DNA of 64,000 bases, taken from the NCBI GenBank assembly GCA_963663165.1, contig OY760175.1:672001-736000 (forward strand). Reading direction: 5' to 3'. Of this stretch, positions 1-9,890 are shown one piece after another. This DNA is from an uncultured Desulfospira sp. (lineage in GTDB: Bacteria > Desulfobacterota > Desulfobacteria > Desulfobacterales > Desulfobacteraceae). Below the pieces are notes generated by a model. The model did no database searches, was not told the origin of the DNA, and was given only the letters and a program-made list of their open reading frames with translations. Position 1 is the stretch's first letter. Every line of letters begins with the position of its first letter. Position numbers and translations under genes: made by a program.

Positions 1-1024
1 AATGGGTGCTGCTGGACACCAGTTCATCCAGGGTTTCAACCAGGGCCCGGGCCTTGTCCGGATGTTTTTGCTGAAGCTTTTTGCCGACCATTTTGACCGC
101 CTGGTCGCACTCGGCACGGGATTTAAGAAAAAAAATGGCCGGCAGCAGGTCAAACTCATCCATGATCTGTAAGATGTCGTCAAAGGGCGGCAGTTTTCCA
201 GGGGGCGCCAGAAAGGGCGGCCTTTTGGAATGGACATACTTAAATACCTTTTTGTGCAGCCGGGGTTTATCCTTGGGATGTTCTGCTGCGGCCAGCAATG
301 GAAACAGGGTGCCGGACGGATGCAGGAAGATCGGGTGCAGGGGCACAGGCCGCTCCTTGTTTTCCACTAAGCGGCACGCCTTTCCCCGGATGCTGGACAG
401 CCACCCGGCAATGAGTTCCGGGTTGCCGATGGTGGCGGACAGCATCAGCAGCGGAATCCGGACCGGCAGATAGATCATGATCTCTTCCCAGACCACGCCC
501 CGTTCCTCATCCCCTAAAAAGTGGGCCTCATCCAGGATAATGAGATCGCACTTAAGGCTTTCTCCCTTATGCATGGCGTCATACAGCTGGTTTCTTAAAA
601 TTTCCGTGGTGCCGATGACAATGGCGGCGTCGCTGTTTTCCTTGATGTCCCCGGTAAGGATTCCGACATTTTCGCTGCCGAACAACTGAGAAAATCGGGC
701 ATGAATGGAATTGGTCAAGGCCTTTAACGGGGTGGCGTACCAGGTTTTGCCATGGGCGGAAAAATTGGTTTCAGTGGCCTGCTCAGCAATCCAGGTTTTC
801 CCTGATCCCGTAGGGGCCGTAACCAGGCAGTCTGCGGTTTTAACCGCCTCAATGGCCTCAATTTGAAACGGGTCCGGCTTAAAGGGTTCGGGTTCGGGGA
901 TTCCGATCTGCTGAAAGGTTTGTTTTAATCCCTTGTCGGCAGCCGGTGTCAGGCTGACCATGGTCTGCTTCTTTCGGGACTCGGATCCGTTCCGGGCCCG
1001 GGGGCGGTAATATCGTTTATTCAT
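1..1024 (-). CDS. Ski2/HelY-like DEAD/DEAH-box helicase (3' end runs off the window)
   Basis: Manual minus-strand translation from ATG at 1024: MNKRYYRP...PDPFQIEAI...APTGSGKT (motif I)...ATPLKAL...IILDEAHFLGDEERGVVWEE (motif II)...LSAT (motif III). Not in the ORF track because it is truncated. Confidence 0.85.
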   Translation of the reverse strand, partial: MNKRYYRPRARNGSESRKKQTMVSLTPAADKGLKQTFQQIGIPEPEPFKPDPFQIEAIEAVKTADCLVTAPTGSGKTWIAEQATETNFSAHGKTWYATPLKALTNSIHARFSQLFGSENVGILTGDIKENSDAAIVIGTTEILRNQLYDAMHKGESLKCDLIILDEAHFLGDEERGVVWEEIMIYLPVRIPLLMLSATIGNPELIAGWLSSIRGKACRLVENKERPVPLHPIFLHPSGTLFPLLAAAEHPKDKPRLHKKVFKYVHSKRPPFLAPPGKLPPFDDILQIMDEFDLLPAIFFLKSRAECDQAVKMVGKKLQQKHPDKARALVETLDELVSSSTH

Positions 1025-1041
1025 TTTTTTAAAATCCCGGA

Positions 1042-1509
1042 TCAGTTTCTCAGACAGGCCACCAGCCGGTCCGGCTTTTCAAAATAAGCAAAGGCATCCA
1101 GAATGTGGGAAACCAGAATATCCGCTGCCGTAAGCGCACAAACGGCGGTCCCTTCTTCAAGCAGGACGGCAATTCCCAAGGCGGCCTCCTTGAGCATAAG
1201 GCGGTCATTGACCCCGTTTCCGGCACAAAGGGTTTTTTCAGGGCCCAGCTGCCGTAAATAATCGAGTTTGGCCTGGTCCTGGTTTTGTTTGGGGATGACC
1301 ACCACCTTGCAGGGGGTCCCGTTCAGGGCATCTTCCACGCTGCCGAAGGTATCGGCGGTGATGACATGAACGGATACGGTCTGGGCAAGCACATTGATTT
1401 TTTCCTTGACCCCCTTTAACAGCCGGCCGTCAACCGCCAGGGTGCCGTTATAGTCTAACAGAACGTTTTCGATGGTGATCTTCCCTGTTCCGGGGATATC
1501 GAATATCAT
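1042..1509 (-). CDS. HAD-family hydrolase (soluble P-type ATPase-like)
   Basis: DYNGTLA motif I, TADTFG, GNGVNDRLMLKEA motif III. Confidence 0.85.
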   Translation of the reverse strand: MIFDIPGTGKITIENVLLDYNGTLAVDGRLLKGVKEKINVLAQTVSVHVITADTFGSVEDALNGTPCKVVVIPKQNQDQAKLDYLRQLGPEKTLCAGNGVNDRLMLKEAALGIAVLLEEGTAVCALTAADILVSHILDAFAYFEKPDRLVACLRN

Positions 1510-1776
1510 GATGTTATCCTGAACAATGAAAAAAAGTATAAAGCCAATGGGTTTAAGTTCGGGGTCGATAGTGAGTTATCCCGTTTATAGAAAAATTCCG
1601 GCACAATATCAAGACAGATTCACCTCAAGACCGGAAACCGGTTGCCCTGCCGGTCTGTTGTTGACACTTTGTTAAGGGTTTGATAGGTTTTTGTTCGCAA
1701 AAACGCCATGTTTAAAAAGAATTTAAGTGTTTGCCCGTTTTTTTACCGCTCAAATTAATAAAAAAGGAAGGAAACC

Positions 1777-2121
1777 ATGTCTGAAAATCAGGAACAAGAC
1801 GACGGCATCATTGAGTTGACCGAAGTGGTTGACCTTGATTCTTATGATGATTCAACTGAAGATGGCGTCATTGAACTGACTGAGGCCCTGCCCGCAACCA
1901 ATACAAAAGACAGCGAGCCGTTAACCCAAGCCGGTGAAGCGGATACGGCCGATGTTTCTTCGGACATGGTTGAAAAGGCCCTGGAAAAAGTGATTGAAAA
2001 AAAGTTTGCCGGAAAAATAGAATCCATTCTTTTTGAAGTCATGGAAAAAGTCATCGAAAAAGAAATCAAGGAGATCAAGGACAGCCTTCAAAAAGATCTG
2101 GACCGGATCAGCAGGCAATGA
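1777..2121 (+). CDS. Small acidic protein, PopZ/RomR C-terminal-like
   Basis: Duplicated DG(I/V)IELTE motif, acidic linker, helical C-terminus KIESILFEVMEKVIEKEIKEIK; purine-rich RBS; directly upstream of valS. Confidence 0.6.
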   Translation: MSENQEQDDGIIELTEVVDLDSYDDSTEDGVIELTEALPATNTKDSEPLTQAGEADTADVSSDMVEKALEKVIEKKFAGKIESILFEVMEKVIEKEIKEIKDSLQKDLDRISRQ

Positions 2122-2230
2122 TGTCACATTTCACAACTTCGGGGTTTCATTTTTGGGGATTTTTATCCCCTTTTTCATTCTAAAGCAAACAGCTAATGGC
2201 TAAAAGCTAAAATAATTGAGGAGTTAGATT

Positions 2231-4891
2231 ATGGGTTCGGATACTCTGGATAAAGGATATGAACCTTCCGGAATCGAAGCAAAATGGTACCAGTACTGGC
2301 TGGATAACGGTTATTTCAAGGCAGCGGACAAAAGCGATAAGCCATCGTTTTCAATTGTTATTCCACCGCCCAATGTGACCGGTGTGCTTCATATGGGCCA
2401 TGCCCTGAACAACGTGATTCAGGATATTATGTGCCGTTACAGGCGGCTGATCGGGTACAATGTTCTGTGGATGCCGGGCACCGACCATGCGGGTATTGCC
2501 ACCCAGAACGTGGTGGAACGGGACCTGGCCGCCAAAGGGCAGACCCGGGACATGCTGGGCCGGGAAAAATTCATTGAACAGGTCTGGAAATGGCGGGAAA
2601 AATCAGGCGGCGCCATTATCAACCAGCTCAAACGGCTGGGTGCATCCTGCGACTGGGACCGGGAGCGGTTTACCATGGACGAGGGGTTGTCCGATGCGGT
2701 CCGCAAGGTTTTTGTCAGGCTGTACAAGGAAGGCCTGATCTATGAAGACCAGTACATCATCAACTGGTGTCCCCGGTGTAAAACCGCCCTGGCCGATCTG
2801 GAAGTCGAATATGAAGAACGAGATTCTTACCTTTACTATATCCGTTATCCGTTCAAGGGACAGAAAAAAGGGCTGACCGTTGCCACCACAAGGCCCGAGA
2901 CCCTTTTCGGCGATACGGCCGTTGCCGTAAACCCTGAAGATGGGCGGTTCAAGGATCTAGCCCATACCCAGGTGGTATTGCCCCTTACCGACCGGGTCAT
3001 TCCCATTATCCGGGACACCTATGTGGACACTCAATTCGGTACCGGTGCCCTTAAGGTTACCCCGGCCCATGACCCCAACGACTTTCATCTGGGTGAAAAA
3101 CACGGCCTTGAAAAACTCAAGGTGATTGACGAAGACGGCAAAATGATGGAGGGGGCCGGCAAATTCAAGGGCCTTGACCGGTTTGAATGCCGCAAGCAGG
3201 CCGTGGAGGAATTGACGAGCCTGGGACTGCTTGAAAAAAAGGAACCCTTGAAAAACAGCGTGGGCAACTGCTACCGGTGCCACACCGATGTGGAGCCCTC
3301 CATTTCCAAACAATGGTTTGTCAAGGTCGGCCCCCTGGCCGAAAAGGCATCCGAGGCCGTCCGGTCCGGCCGGACAAAAATTATCCCTGAGACCTGGGAC
3401 AAGACCTATTTTGAATGGATGGACAATATCCGTGACTGGTGTATTTCCCGGCAGATCTGGTGGGGACACCGGATCCCGGTATGGAAGTGCCAGGACTGCG
3501 GACAAGTTATTGTTGAAGAGGTTGATCCCGATGCCTGTACGGCCTGCCAGTCCAAAAATATTATCCAGGAAACCGATGTACTGGACACCTGGTTTTCCAG
3601 TGCGCTATGGCCCTTTTCCACCATGGGATGGCCCCAGCAGACAGACCTGCTCAAGACCTTTTATCCCACCAATGTTCTGGTGACCGGCTTTGATATTTTA
3701 TTTTTCTGGGTGGCCAGAATGATGATGATGGGGATTCATTTCATGGATGAAGTTCCCTTTGATGATGTGTATATCCATGCCCTGGTCCGGGATGAACACG
3801 GCAAAAAAATGAGCAAGTCCAAAGGCAATGTTATTGATCCGCTCAAGGTCATTGACGAGTATGGGGCCGATGCCTTCAGGTTTACATTGGCCGCCTTTGC
3901 CGCCCAGGGCAGGGACGTAAAGATGTCTGAATCCCGGGTGGAAGGGTACCGGCATTTTGTGAACAAACTGTGGAATGCCGCCCGGTTTGCCCTGATGCAT
4001 ATTTCAGGTGATGTGCCAAAAATCGACCGCAAAAAACTGTCTCTGCCTGAAAAATGGATTCTGTCCAGGTCCTGTGCCACGGCCCTTGCCGTTAAAGAGG
4101 GGATCGAAGGGTATAAATTTAACGAAGCCGCCTCTGCCGTGTATCAGTTTGTCTGGCATGAGTTCTGTGACTGGTTCATTGAAACGGCCAAGCCCGCCCT
4201 TTACGAGAAAGAAGGGGGACCCCGGCGGGGCATGGTCTGTGCCGTATTGTCAAAGGTACTCGAAGACATTCTGGTTATGCTGCATCCCTTTATGCCCTTT
4301 GTTACCGAAGAAATTTACCATATTCTGCCCACCACCCAGGGCTCTGTCATGAAGGCCTCATTTCCCTATGATGAGACGGCCTATGCCCTTGACCGGAATG
4401 AAAAGGCGGAAGCGGATATGGCCTTTGTATTTGAGCTGATTTCCGGGGTACGGAACATCCGAAGCGAAATGAATATCCAGCCTTCGGCCAGAATCAAGGT
4501 TCTGGCCTATACCCAGGATGAGACAGAAAAAATCATTATTGCGGAAAACAAGGCCGTGATGGTGAACCTGGCCGGACTGGAAAGTTTTTACTTCTGTGAA
4601 TCCGACACCATTCCGCCCTCGTCAGCCGCTTCAGTGACGGGCGGCACTACCTGCTATGTCTCTTTGGAAGGGGTCATTGACTTTCAAAAAGAAATAAAGC
4701 GCCTGAAAAAAGAATTGGAGAAAAACACCAAAGAACTGGTCGGGGTCCAAAAACGGCTCAACAATGAAAGTTTTCTGGACAAGGCCCCCCAGGAAGTCAT
4801 TGAAAAGGTCAAAGGGCTTCACCAGGAGCTCGAAGAAAAAGGAGAGAAACTCTCCCTTAACCTGAAACGGATCCAGGAAATGGCGGGATAG
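2231..4891 (+). CDS. valS: Valine--tRNA ligase
   Basis: PPPNVTG.LHMGH (HIGH), DWCISRQIWWGH, KMSKS, C-terminal coiled coil. Confidence 0.98.
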   Translation: MGSDTLDKGYEPSGIEAKWYQYWLDNGYFKAADKSDKPSFSIVIPPPNVTGVLHMGHALNNVIQDIMCRYRRLIGYNVLWMPGTDHAGIATQNVVERDLAAKGQTRDMLGREKFIEQVWKWREKSGGAIINQLKRLGASCDWDRERFTMDEGLSDAVRKVFVRLYKEGLIYEDQYIINWCPRCKTALADLEVEYEERDSYLYYIRYPFKGQKKGLTVATTRPETLFGDTAVAVNPEDGRFKDLAHTQVVLPLTDRVIPIIRDTYVDTQFGTGALKVTPAHDPNDFHLGEKHGLEKLKVIDEDGKMMEGAGKFKGLDRFECRKQAVEELTSLGLLEKKEPLKNSVGNCYRCHTDVEPSISKQWFVKVGPLAEKASEAVRSGRTKIIPETWDKTYFEWMDNIRDWCISRQIWWGHRIPVWKCQDCGQVIVEEVDPDACTACQSKNIIQETDVLDTWFSSALWPFSTMGWPQQTDLLKTFYPTNVLVTGFDILFFWVARMMMMGIHFMDEVPFDDVYIHALVRDEHGKKMSKSKGNVIDPLKVIDEYGADAFRFTLAAFAAQGRDVKMSESRVEGYRHFVNKLWNAARFALMHISGDVPKIDRKKLSLPEKWILSRSCATALAVKEGIEGYKFNEAASAVYQFVWHEFCDWFIETAKPALYEKEGGPRRGMVCAVLSKVLEDILVMLHPFMPFVTEEIYHILPTTQGSVMKASFPYDETAYALDRNEKAEADMAFVFELISGVRNIRSEMNIQPSARIKVLAYTQDETEKIIIAENKAVMVNLAGLESFYFCESDTIPPSSAASVTGGTTCYVSLEGVIDFQKEIKRLKKELEKNTKELVGVQKRLNNESFLDKAPQEVIEKVKGLHQELEEKGEKLSLNLKRIQEMAG

Positions 4892-4924
4892 AGGCCCTGA
4901 CAATAAGGTTGATCTCCAAAACAA

Positions 4925-5007
4925 GGGACTTGAGACTTGGGGTATGGGACTTGGGGATTGCAGTATCCACGGCCTACCCAAGTCCCATATCCCATATCCC
5001 AAGTCCC
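4925..5007. repeat. Repeat family A, copy 1 (GGGACTT/GGGATAT heptamer arms around a conserved core)
   Basis: 50-bp core tatgggacttggggattgcagtatccacggcctacccaagtcccatatcc is identical at ~38.9 kb and ~44.95 kb; the arms form an inverted repeat. Confidence 0.9.
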
Positions 5008-5092
5008 TATTTTATACATTAATAAACTTACCGGTAAACGGAGGCATTTTGTGGCAGGGTGTGGTGGCAGGTTTGCTGAGCGTTTGTAACGG

Positions 5093-5989
5093 CTATTCGA
5101 AATTGAGTTGATTCCGGCCGTTTTCTTTGGATTTGTATAACAATTTGTCCGTTCGCTTGATAAATGCGGATACGTCTTCTCCGTCCTTGATCTGGGCGGC
5201 CCCGATGCTGACGGTAACCGTCACTTTCTTCCCGGGTTCCGGTTCAAAGATTTCATCGGCAATTTTATCCTTGATTCTTTCTCCGACCACGCAGGCTTTA
5301 TCGATGCCTGTTTCAGGAAGAATAATGGTAAATTCTTCTCCGCCGTACCGGTAGGCCGTATCCATGGACCGCATGCAGGCACTGATAATCCGTCCAAAGC
5401 TCATCAGGACTTTGTCCCCTTCAAGGTGGCCCCAGGTATCGTTGTACCGTTTAAAATAATCAATATCCAGCAGCAGCATGGACAAGGGCCGGGAATACCG
5501 GGTAAACCGTTCGATTTCCATTTTAATCTGGCGGAAAAACTGCCTGGAGTTAAACAGGCCGGTCAGGGAGTCGGTGATGGCCAGCTGTTCCATTTCCTTG
5601 AGCATTTTGGCCCGTTCCCGTTTAAAGGCAGCCTCCCTTAAAACCCGTTTTAAGCGAAGGTCGAGTTCCTTGAACCGGAACGGCTTGAAAATAAAGTCAC
5701 TGGCCCCGGCATTCACGGCTTCTTCATAGGAATATTCAGCGCTGTATCCGGTCATGACCATGACATCGATATCGTGTTTTTTCTTGATTTCCTTGGTCAG
5801 TTCAAGGCCGTCCATGCCCTGCATCATGATATCGGTGAGCACCACATCGGCTTTGAAAAATTCGAGGATCTGCAAGGCATCTTCTGCACTGGAAGCGCTT
5901 TTGACATCAAAGGCAAGGATTTTAAGGTACTCTTCCACAGACTCTTTGATGGCTATGTCATCATCGACTACCAGTATAGAATGGGCCAT
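5093..5989 (-). CDS. Response-regulator diguanylate cyclase (REC + GGDEF)
   Basis: N-terminal REC (VVDDD...DIMM...KPF), DIDYFKRYND, RYGGEEF with an RxxD I-site (RSMD). Confidence 0.95.
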   Translation of the reverse strand: MAHSILVVDDDIAIKESVEEYLKILAFDVKSASSAEDALQILEFFKADVVLTDIMMQGMDGLELTKEIKKKHDIDVMVMTGYSAEYSYEEAVNAGASDFIFKPFRFKELDLRLKRVLREAAFKRERAKMLKEMEQLAITDSLTGLFNSRQFFRQIKMEIERFTRYSRPLSMLLLDIDYFKRYNDTWGHLEGDKVLMSFGRIISACMRSMDTAYRYGGEEFTIILPETGIDKACVVGERIKDKIADEIFEPEPGKKVTVTVSIGAAQIKDGEDVSAFIKRTDKLLYKSKENGRNQLNFE

Positions 5990-6118
5990 GCTGTTCGCTC
6001 CTGGGGTTTCTCACTGTCAAAGCTGCGATCTTGACAGTTTTTAATGCAATTGTTAAATGTTTCGCTTAGAATTAAACTAAAATAATAATTGTTGTCAACC
6101 TCTTAATTTGGAGTCCAA

Positions 6119-7921
6119 TTGAAGTTCGATAAAAGCTGTATTAGAAATTTCTCAATTATTGCCCATATTGACCATGGAAAATCCACCCTCTCGGACAGAC
6201 TTATTCAACTGTCCGAAATTATAGATGAAAGGGATATGAAAGATCAGATTTTGGACTCCATGGACATTGAACGGGAACGGGGAATCACCATTAAATCCCA
6301 AACCGTTTCTTTGCCCTATAAATCACCGGACGGCAACGAATACCTTTTAAATCTGATTGATACCCCGGGGCATGTGGATTTTTCCTATGAAGTTTCCAGG
6401 GCGCTGGCCTCCTGTGAAGGTGCCCTGATCATTGTCGATGCGACCCAGGGGGTGGAAGCCCAGACCCTGGCCAATTTATACCTTGCCATGGAGCATAACC
6501 TGTCCATAATTCCGGTGATCAATAAAATTGATCTGCCCTCAGCCGCCATTGACTGGGTCAAAGACCAGATTGAAGAAGACTTGGGCCTTGATCCCCAGGA
6601 TGCCCTTCAGGTCTCGGCCAAAACCGGCATTGGGGTGGAAAAAATTTTCCAGGCCATTGTCCAGGGCATCCCCGCCCCCGACAGTGACGGCACCGATGCG
6701 TTCAAGGCCCTTATTTTTGATTCCCATTATGATTCATTCAGGGGGACCATTATCCACTTTCGTATCTTTGAAGGCAGTATCAAAAAAGGGGATAGAATTT
6801 TATTCATGTCCAACAATGCCCGGTACAAAGTCGAAGAGGTCGGGTTGTTCCAGATCAAACGGGTGCCCCAGGACAGCCTGAGTGCCGGACAGGTCGGTTA
6901 CTGCATTGCCGGCATTAAAAACATTTCCGATGTTAAAATCGGGGACACCATCACCATGCCCGAAAATCCGTGTGCCGCACCAAAGGGCGGTTTTCGTGAA
7001 CCCACGCCGGTGGTGTTCTCTTCCATGTATCCGGTGGCTTCCGACGATTATGAAGAATTGACCGATGCCCTTGAAAAACTCAAACTCAACGATGCCTCCC
7101 TGATTTATGAAAAGGACAGTTCCGTTGCCCTGGGCTTTGGATACCGGTGCGGCTTTTTAGGCCTGCTTCACCTTGAGGTGGTCCAGGAGCGCCTTGAGAG
7201 GGAGTATGATATTTCCTTGATCCTGACCTCTCCGTCGGTCCAGTATGAAATCACCAGAACCGACGGAACCGTCCTGATTATTGACAACCCTGTGGAATAT
7301 CCGGACCCGGCTGAAATTTCCAAAATCCGGGAACCGTATATCAATGCGTCCATCATAGTTCCGGACAAATATATGGGCAATGTGATGCAGGTCTGCCATG
7401 ATTTCAGGGGGGTATCCACCAATTACCAGTACCTGACCTCCAACCGGATGGATATGCGCTTTGAACTGCCCTTAGCCGAGGTGGTCTACGAATTTTATGA
7501 CCGGCTCAAGTCCGTCACCCAGGGGTATGGCTCATTTGATTATGAAATTGCCGGATACCAGGAAACCGACCTGGTCAAGCTTGATTTTCTCATCAACGGG
7601 GAGCGGGTAGATGCCCTTTCCCAATTGATTCACAAAGACAAAGCCGAAGCCCGGGCCCGGGCCGCCTGCAAACGGTTAAGGGAAGAAATCCCCAGACAGC
7701 AATTTAAGATCCCCATCCAGGGGGCCATCGGCGGTAAAATTATCTCCAGGGAAACCATCTCCGCCTACCGGAAAGACGTGACGGCAAAATGCTATGGCGG
7801 GGACATTTCCAGAAAGCGAAAGCTGCTTGAAAAGCAGAAAAAAGGGAAAAAGCGAATGAAGATGGTGGGGACCGTAGAGATCCCCCAATCGGCATTTTTA
7901 TCCGTCCTTAAATCGGAATAA
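6119..7921 (+). CDS. lepA: Elongation factor 4 (LepA)
   Basis: IRNFSIIAHIDHGKSTLSDR, DTPGHVDF, KCYGGDISRKRKLL; TTG start after GGAG. Confidence 0.98.
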   Translation: MKFDKSCIRNFSIIAHIDHGKSTLSDRLIQLSEIIDERDMKDQILDSMDIERERGITIKSQTVSLPYKSPDGNEYLLNLIDTPGHVDFSYEVSRALASCEGALIIVDATQGVEAQTLANLYLAMEHNLSIIPVINKIDLPSAAIDWVKDQIEEDLGLDPQDALQVSAKTGIGVEKIFQAIVQGIPAPDSDGTDAFKALIFDSHYDSFRGTIIHFRIFEGSIKKGDRILFMSNNARYKVEEVGLFQIKRVPQDSLSAGQVGYCIAGIKNISDVKIGDTITMPENPCAAPKGGFREPTPVVFSSMYPVASDDYEELTDALEKLKLNDASLIYEKDSSVALGFGYRCGFLGLLHLEVVQERLEREYDISLILTSPSVQYEITRTDGTVLIIDNPVEYPDPAEISKIREPYINASIIVPDKYMGNVMQVCHDFRGVSTNYQYLTSNRMDMRFELPLAEVVYEFYDRLKSVTQGYGSFDYEIAGYQETDLVKLDFLINGERVDALSQLIHKDKAEARARAACKRLREEIPRQQFKIPIQGAIGGKIISRETISAYRKDVTAKCYGGDISRKRKLLEKQKKGKKRMKMVGTVEIPQSAFLSVLKSE

Positions 7922-7922
7922 C

Positions 7923-8001
7923 AGCTTTTAGCCGTTAGCCATTAGCTGTTAGCTTTTGGGCGTCACCAAGTTTGTTGGCTAACGGCTAAATGCTAACCGC
8001 T
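7923..8001. repeat. Heptamer (TTAGCNN / NNGCTAA) inverted repeat element, family C
   Basis: ttttagccgttagccattagctgttagc...ggctaacggctaaatgctaaccgct; related tracts at ~2185-2211, 12829-12895, 34816-34893, 39331-39352 and 56871-56950. Confidence 0.8.
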
Positions 8002-8348
8002 TAGAAAGTGATGATCTGAAAGCCTTGGGCTTCATAGCCCGCCATGGACGGATGACCGGCCATGTTGTCCAAAAGGGTCAGGTTGTGTGCTTTGGCATCT
8101 TCCAGGGTGCCCAGTTTCCCGGCGCAGGCCTTGCAGACACCGAGAACAAGTCCCTGGTCCAGGACTTTGTGCCACAGTTTGTTTAAGGGATGACCTTCTT
8201 TGTAAAGTTCGCTGATCAGTTTGACACTGGCGCCCTCAAGGATGATCCCGGGGGTGTGTCCCTTTTCTTTCATGTCCAGGGCATTTAAAAGAACGTGGAT
8301 AAAACACATGGGATCTCCGTTAAAGACGAACAGGGCAAATTTTTTCAT
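8001..8348 (-). CDS. DsrE/DsrF-like small protein
   Basis: ILEGASV..., VCKACA motif and GFQIITF C-terminus typical of the DsrE family. Confidence 0.7.
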   Translation of the reverse strand: MKKFALFVFNGDPMCFIHVLLNALDMKEKGHTPGIILEGASVKLISELYKEGHPLNKLWHKVLDQGLVLGVCKACAGKLGTLEDAKAHNLTLLDNMAGHPSMAGYEAQGFQIITF

Positions 8349-8720
8349 TTTAGTCTCCTTGCTTGCTTAATTGAAAAAGGGTATGATTTCATATCATATT
8401 TTCAGCCGGTTTTACGGGCTGGTTATCGGTCAGAGAATTACAGATTCAAATTTTGTACCAGATTTTAATTTCAACGGCAAATTAACTGGGTAAGCCTTTA
8501 AAAAACACAACCGGGTTGGATAAATTTTAGATTCTGTTTCATAAACCAGCCATGTCCCGGGATTATTATTTGTATTGATACGGTTTTGTATCAGATAAAC
8601 CTGTTTCAGCCCAATTCAAGAATCAATGCACCGGTTAAATTTTTTGGCCACCGGCACTTTAAATTATTATAAAACCAATTATTCCAAATGGTTAAATATT
8701 TCTTATTTTTTTAAAACAAA

Positions 8721-8736
8721 CGGCATGAAGGTTGCA
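8721..8736 (+). promoter_or_regulatory. Putative sigma-54 promoter of rbr-dfx
   Basis: CGGCATGAAGGTTGCA = GG-N10-GC -24/-12 consensus, ~85 bp before the rbr start. Confidence 0.55.
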
Positions 8737-8820
8737 ATATTTCAAAACAAACCCTGACGCCGTTCATATCAACAGGCAAAACAAAAGACCAGACATTTTA
8801 AAAAACCATAAGGAGGTTAA

Positions 8821-9399
8821 ATGCCAGACTTAAAAGGAACTAAGACCGAAAAAAATCTGCTCACCGCATTTGCCGGTGAGTCCCAGGCCAGAAACCGTTA
8901 CACCTATTTTGCTTCCCAGGCGAAAAAAGACGGTTTTGTTCAGATCCAATCCATTTTTGAAGAAACCGCCAACCATGAAAAAGAACATGCCAAAAGGTTG
9001 TTCAAGTATCTCAAAACCGGTGCGGAAGTACAGATTACCGCCGCTTTTCCCGCCGGAACCATCGGCACCACCCTTGACAATCTTAAAGAGGCGGCCGGCG
9101 GTGAAAATTACGAACACACCACCATGTATCCTGAATTTGCCAAAACCGCCAGAGAAGAAGGATTCAATGATATTGCCAAAACATTTGAATCCATCGCCAT
9201 AGCTGAAGTTTACCATGAGGAAAGATACCTTGCCCTTGTGAAAAACATTGAAAACGACAAGGTCTTTAAGCGGGAAAAAACCACCACCTGGCGTTGCAGA
9301 AACTGTGGTTACAACCATGAAGGCACTGAAGCCCCTGACGTCTGTCCGGCCTGTGCCCATCCCAAAGACCACTTCGAACTTAAACCTGAAAATTATTAA
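8821..9399 (+). CDS. rbr: Rubrerythrin
   Basis: [12 protein letters not shown], ExxH diiron motifs, C-terminal CRNC...CPAC rubredoxin site. Confidence 0.97.
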   Translation: MPDLKGTKTEKNLLTAFAGESQARNRYTYFASQAKKDGFVQIQSIFEETANHEKEHAKRLFKYLKTGAEVQITAAFPAGTIGTTLDNLKEAAGGENYEHTTMYPEFAKTAREEGFNDIAKTFESIAIAEVYHEERYLALVKNIENDKVFKREKTTTWRCRNCGYNHEGTEAPDVCPACAHPKDHFELKPENY

Positions 9400-9424
9400 G
9401 CAACCATCTTAAAGGAGAAATACC

Positions 9425-9805
9425 ATGGCAGAAAAATACGGCATTTATAAATGTGCAAAATGCGGCAATATCGTTCAGGTCCTTCATGGGGAAAAACCCC
9501 CGGTCATGTGCTGCGGACAGCCCATGGACCGCTTAGTGGCCAATACCGTTGACGCCGCAAAGGAAAAACATGTTCCGGTTGTGGAAAAAATTGACGGCGG
9601 GTACCTGGTAAAGGTCGGTTCCGTTGACCATCCCATGACCCCGGAACACTACATCCAGTGGATTGAACTGATTACCGAAAACGGGACCCTGATTGAAAGA
9701 AAATTCCTGGAACCCACGGATTCGCCCAAGGCGACTTTTAAGACCGATGCGGATAAGGTTACGGCCAGGGAGTACTGTAACCTGCACGGACTCTGGGAAT
9801 ACTAG
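9425..9805 (+). CDS. dfx: Desulfoferrodoxin (2Fe superoxide reductase)
   Basis: CAKCGN...CCGQPM desulforedoxin domain, EKHVP, HPM...HYI, YCNLHG. Confidence 0.97.
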   Translation: MAEKYGIYKCAKCGNIVQVLHGEKPPVMCCGQPMDRLVANTVDAAKEKHVPVVEKIDGGYLVKVGSVDHPMTPEHYIQWIELITENGTLIERKFLEPTDSPKATFKTDADKVTAREYCNLHGLWEY

Positions 9806-9806
9806 A

Positions 9807-9890
9807 AAGACTGAAGGTAGATAGGCTGAAGGTGTTCGGATAGCGCTGACTGTCTGTCCACCTTCGGCCTAAATTCCTTCGGCCTGATCC
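9807..9890. repeat. CTGAAGG/CCTTC(A/G)G short-repeat element, family D
   Basis: gactgaaggtagataggctgaagg...ccttcggcct; a related element lies at 30183-30270. Confidence 0.6.

Noticed and set aside
81..689. + strand ORFs 81-473 and 477-689
   Set aside because: Antisense to the helicase, whose conserved motifs are on the minus strand.
4631..5019. Short ORFs with WDLG/PSPIPQVP-like peptides (also at 38721-39090 and 44720-45140)
   Set aside because: Translations of repeat family A, not genes.
8658..8672. PerR box (TTTAAATTATTATAA) upstream of rbr
   Set aside because: Two mismatches to the Bacillus consensus in very AT-rich DNA, and the deltaproteobacterial PerR motif differs; not supportable.
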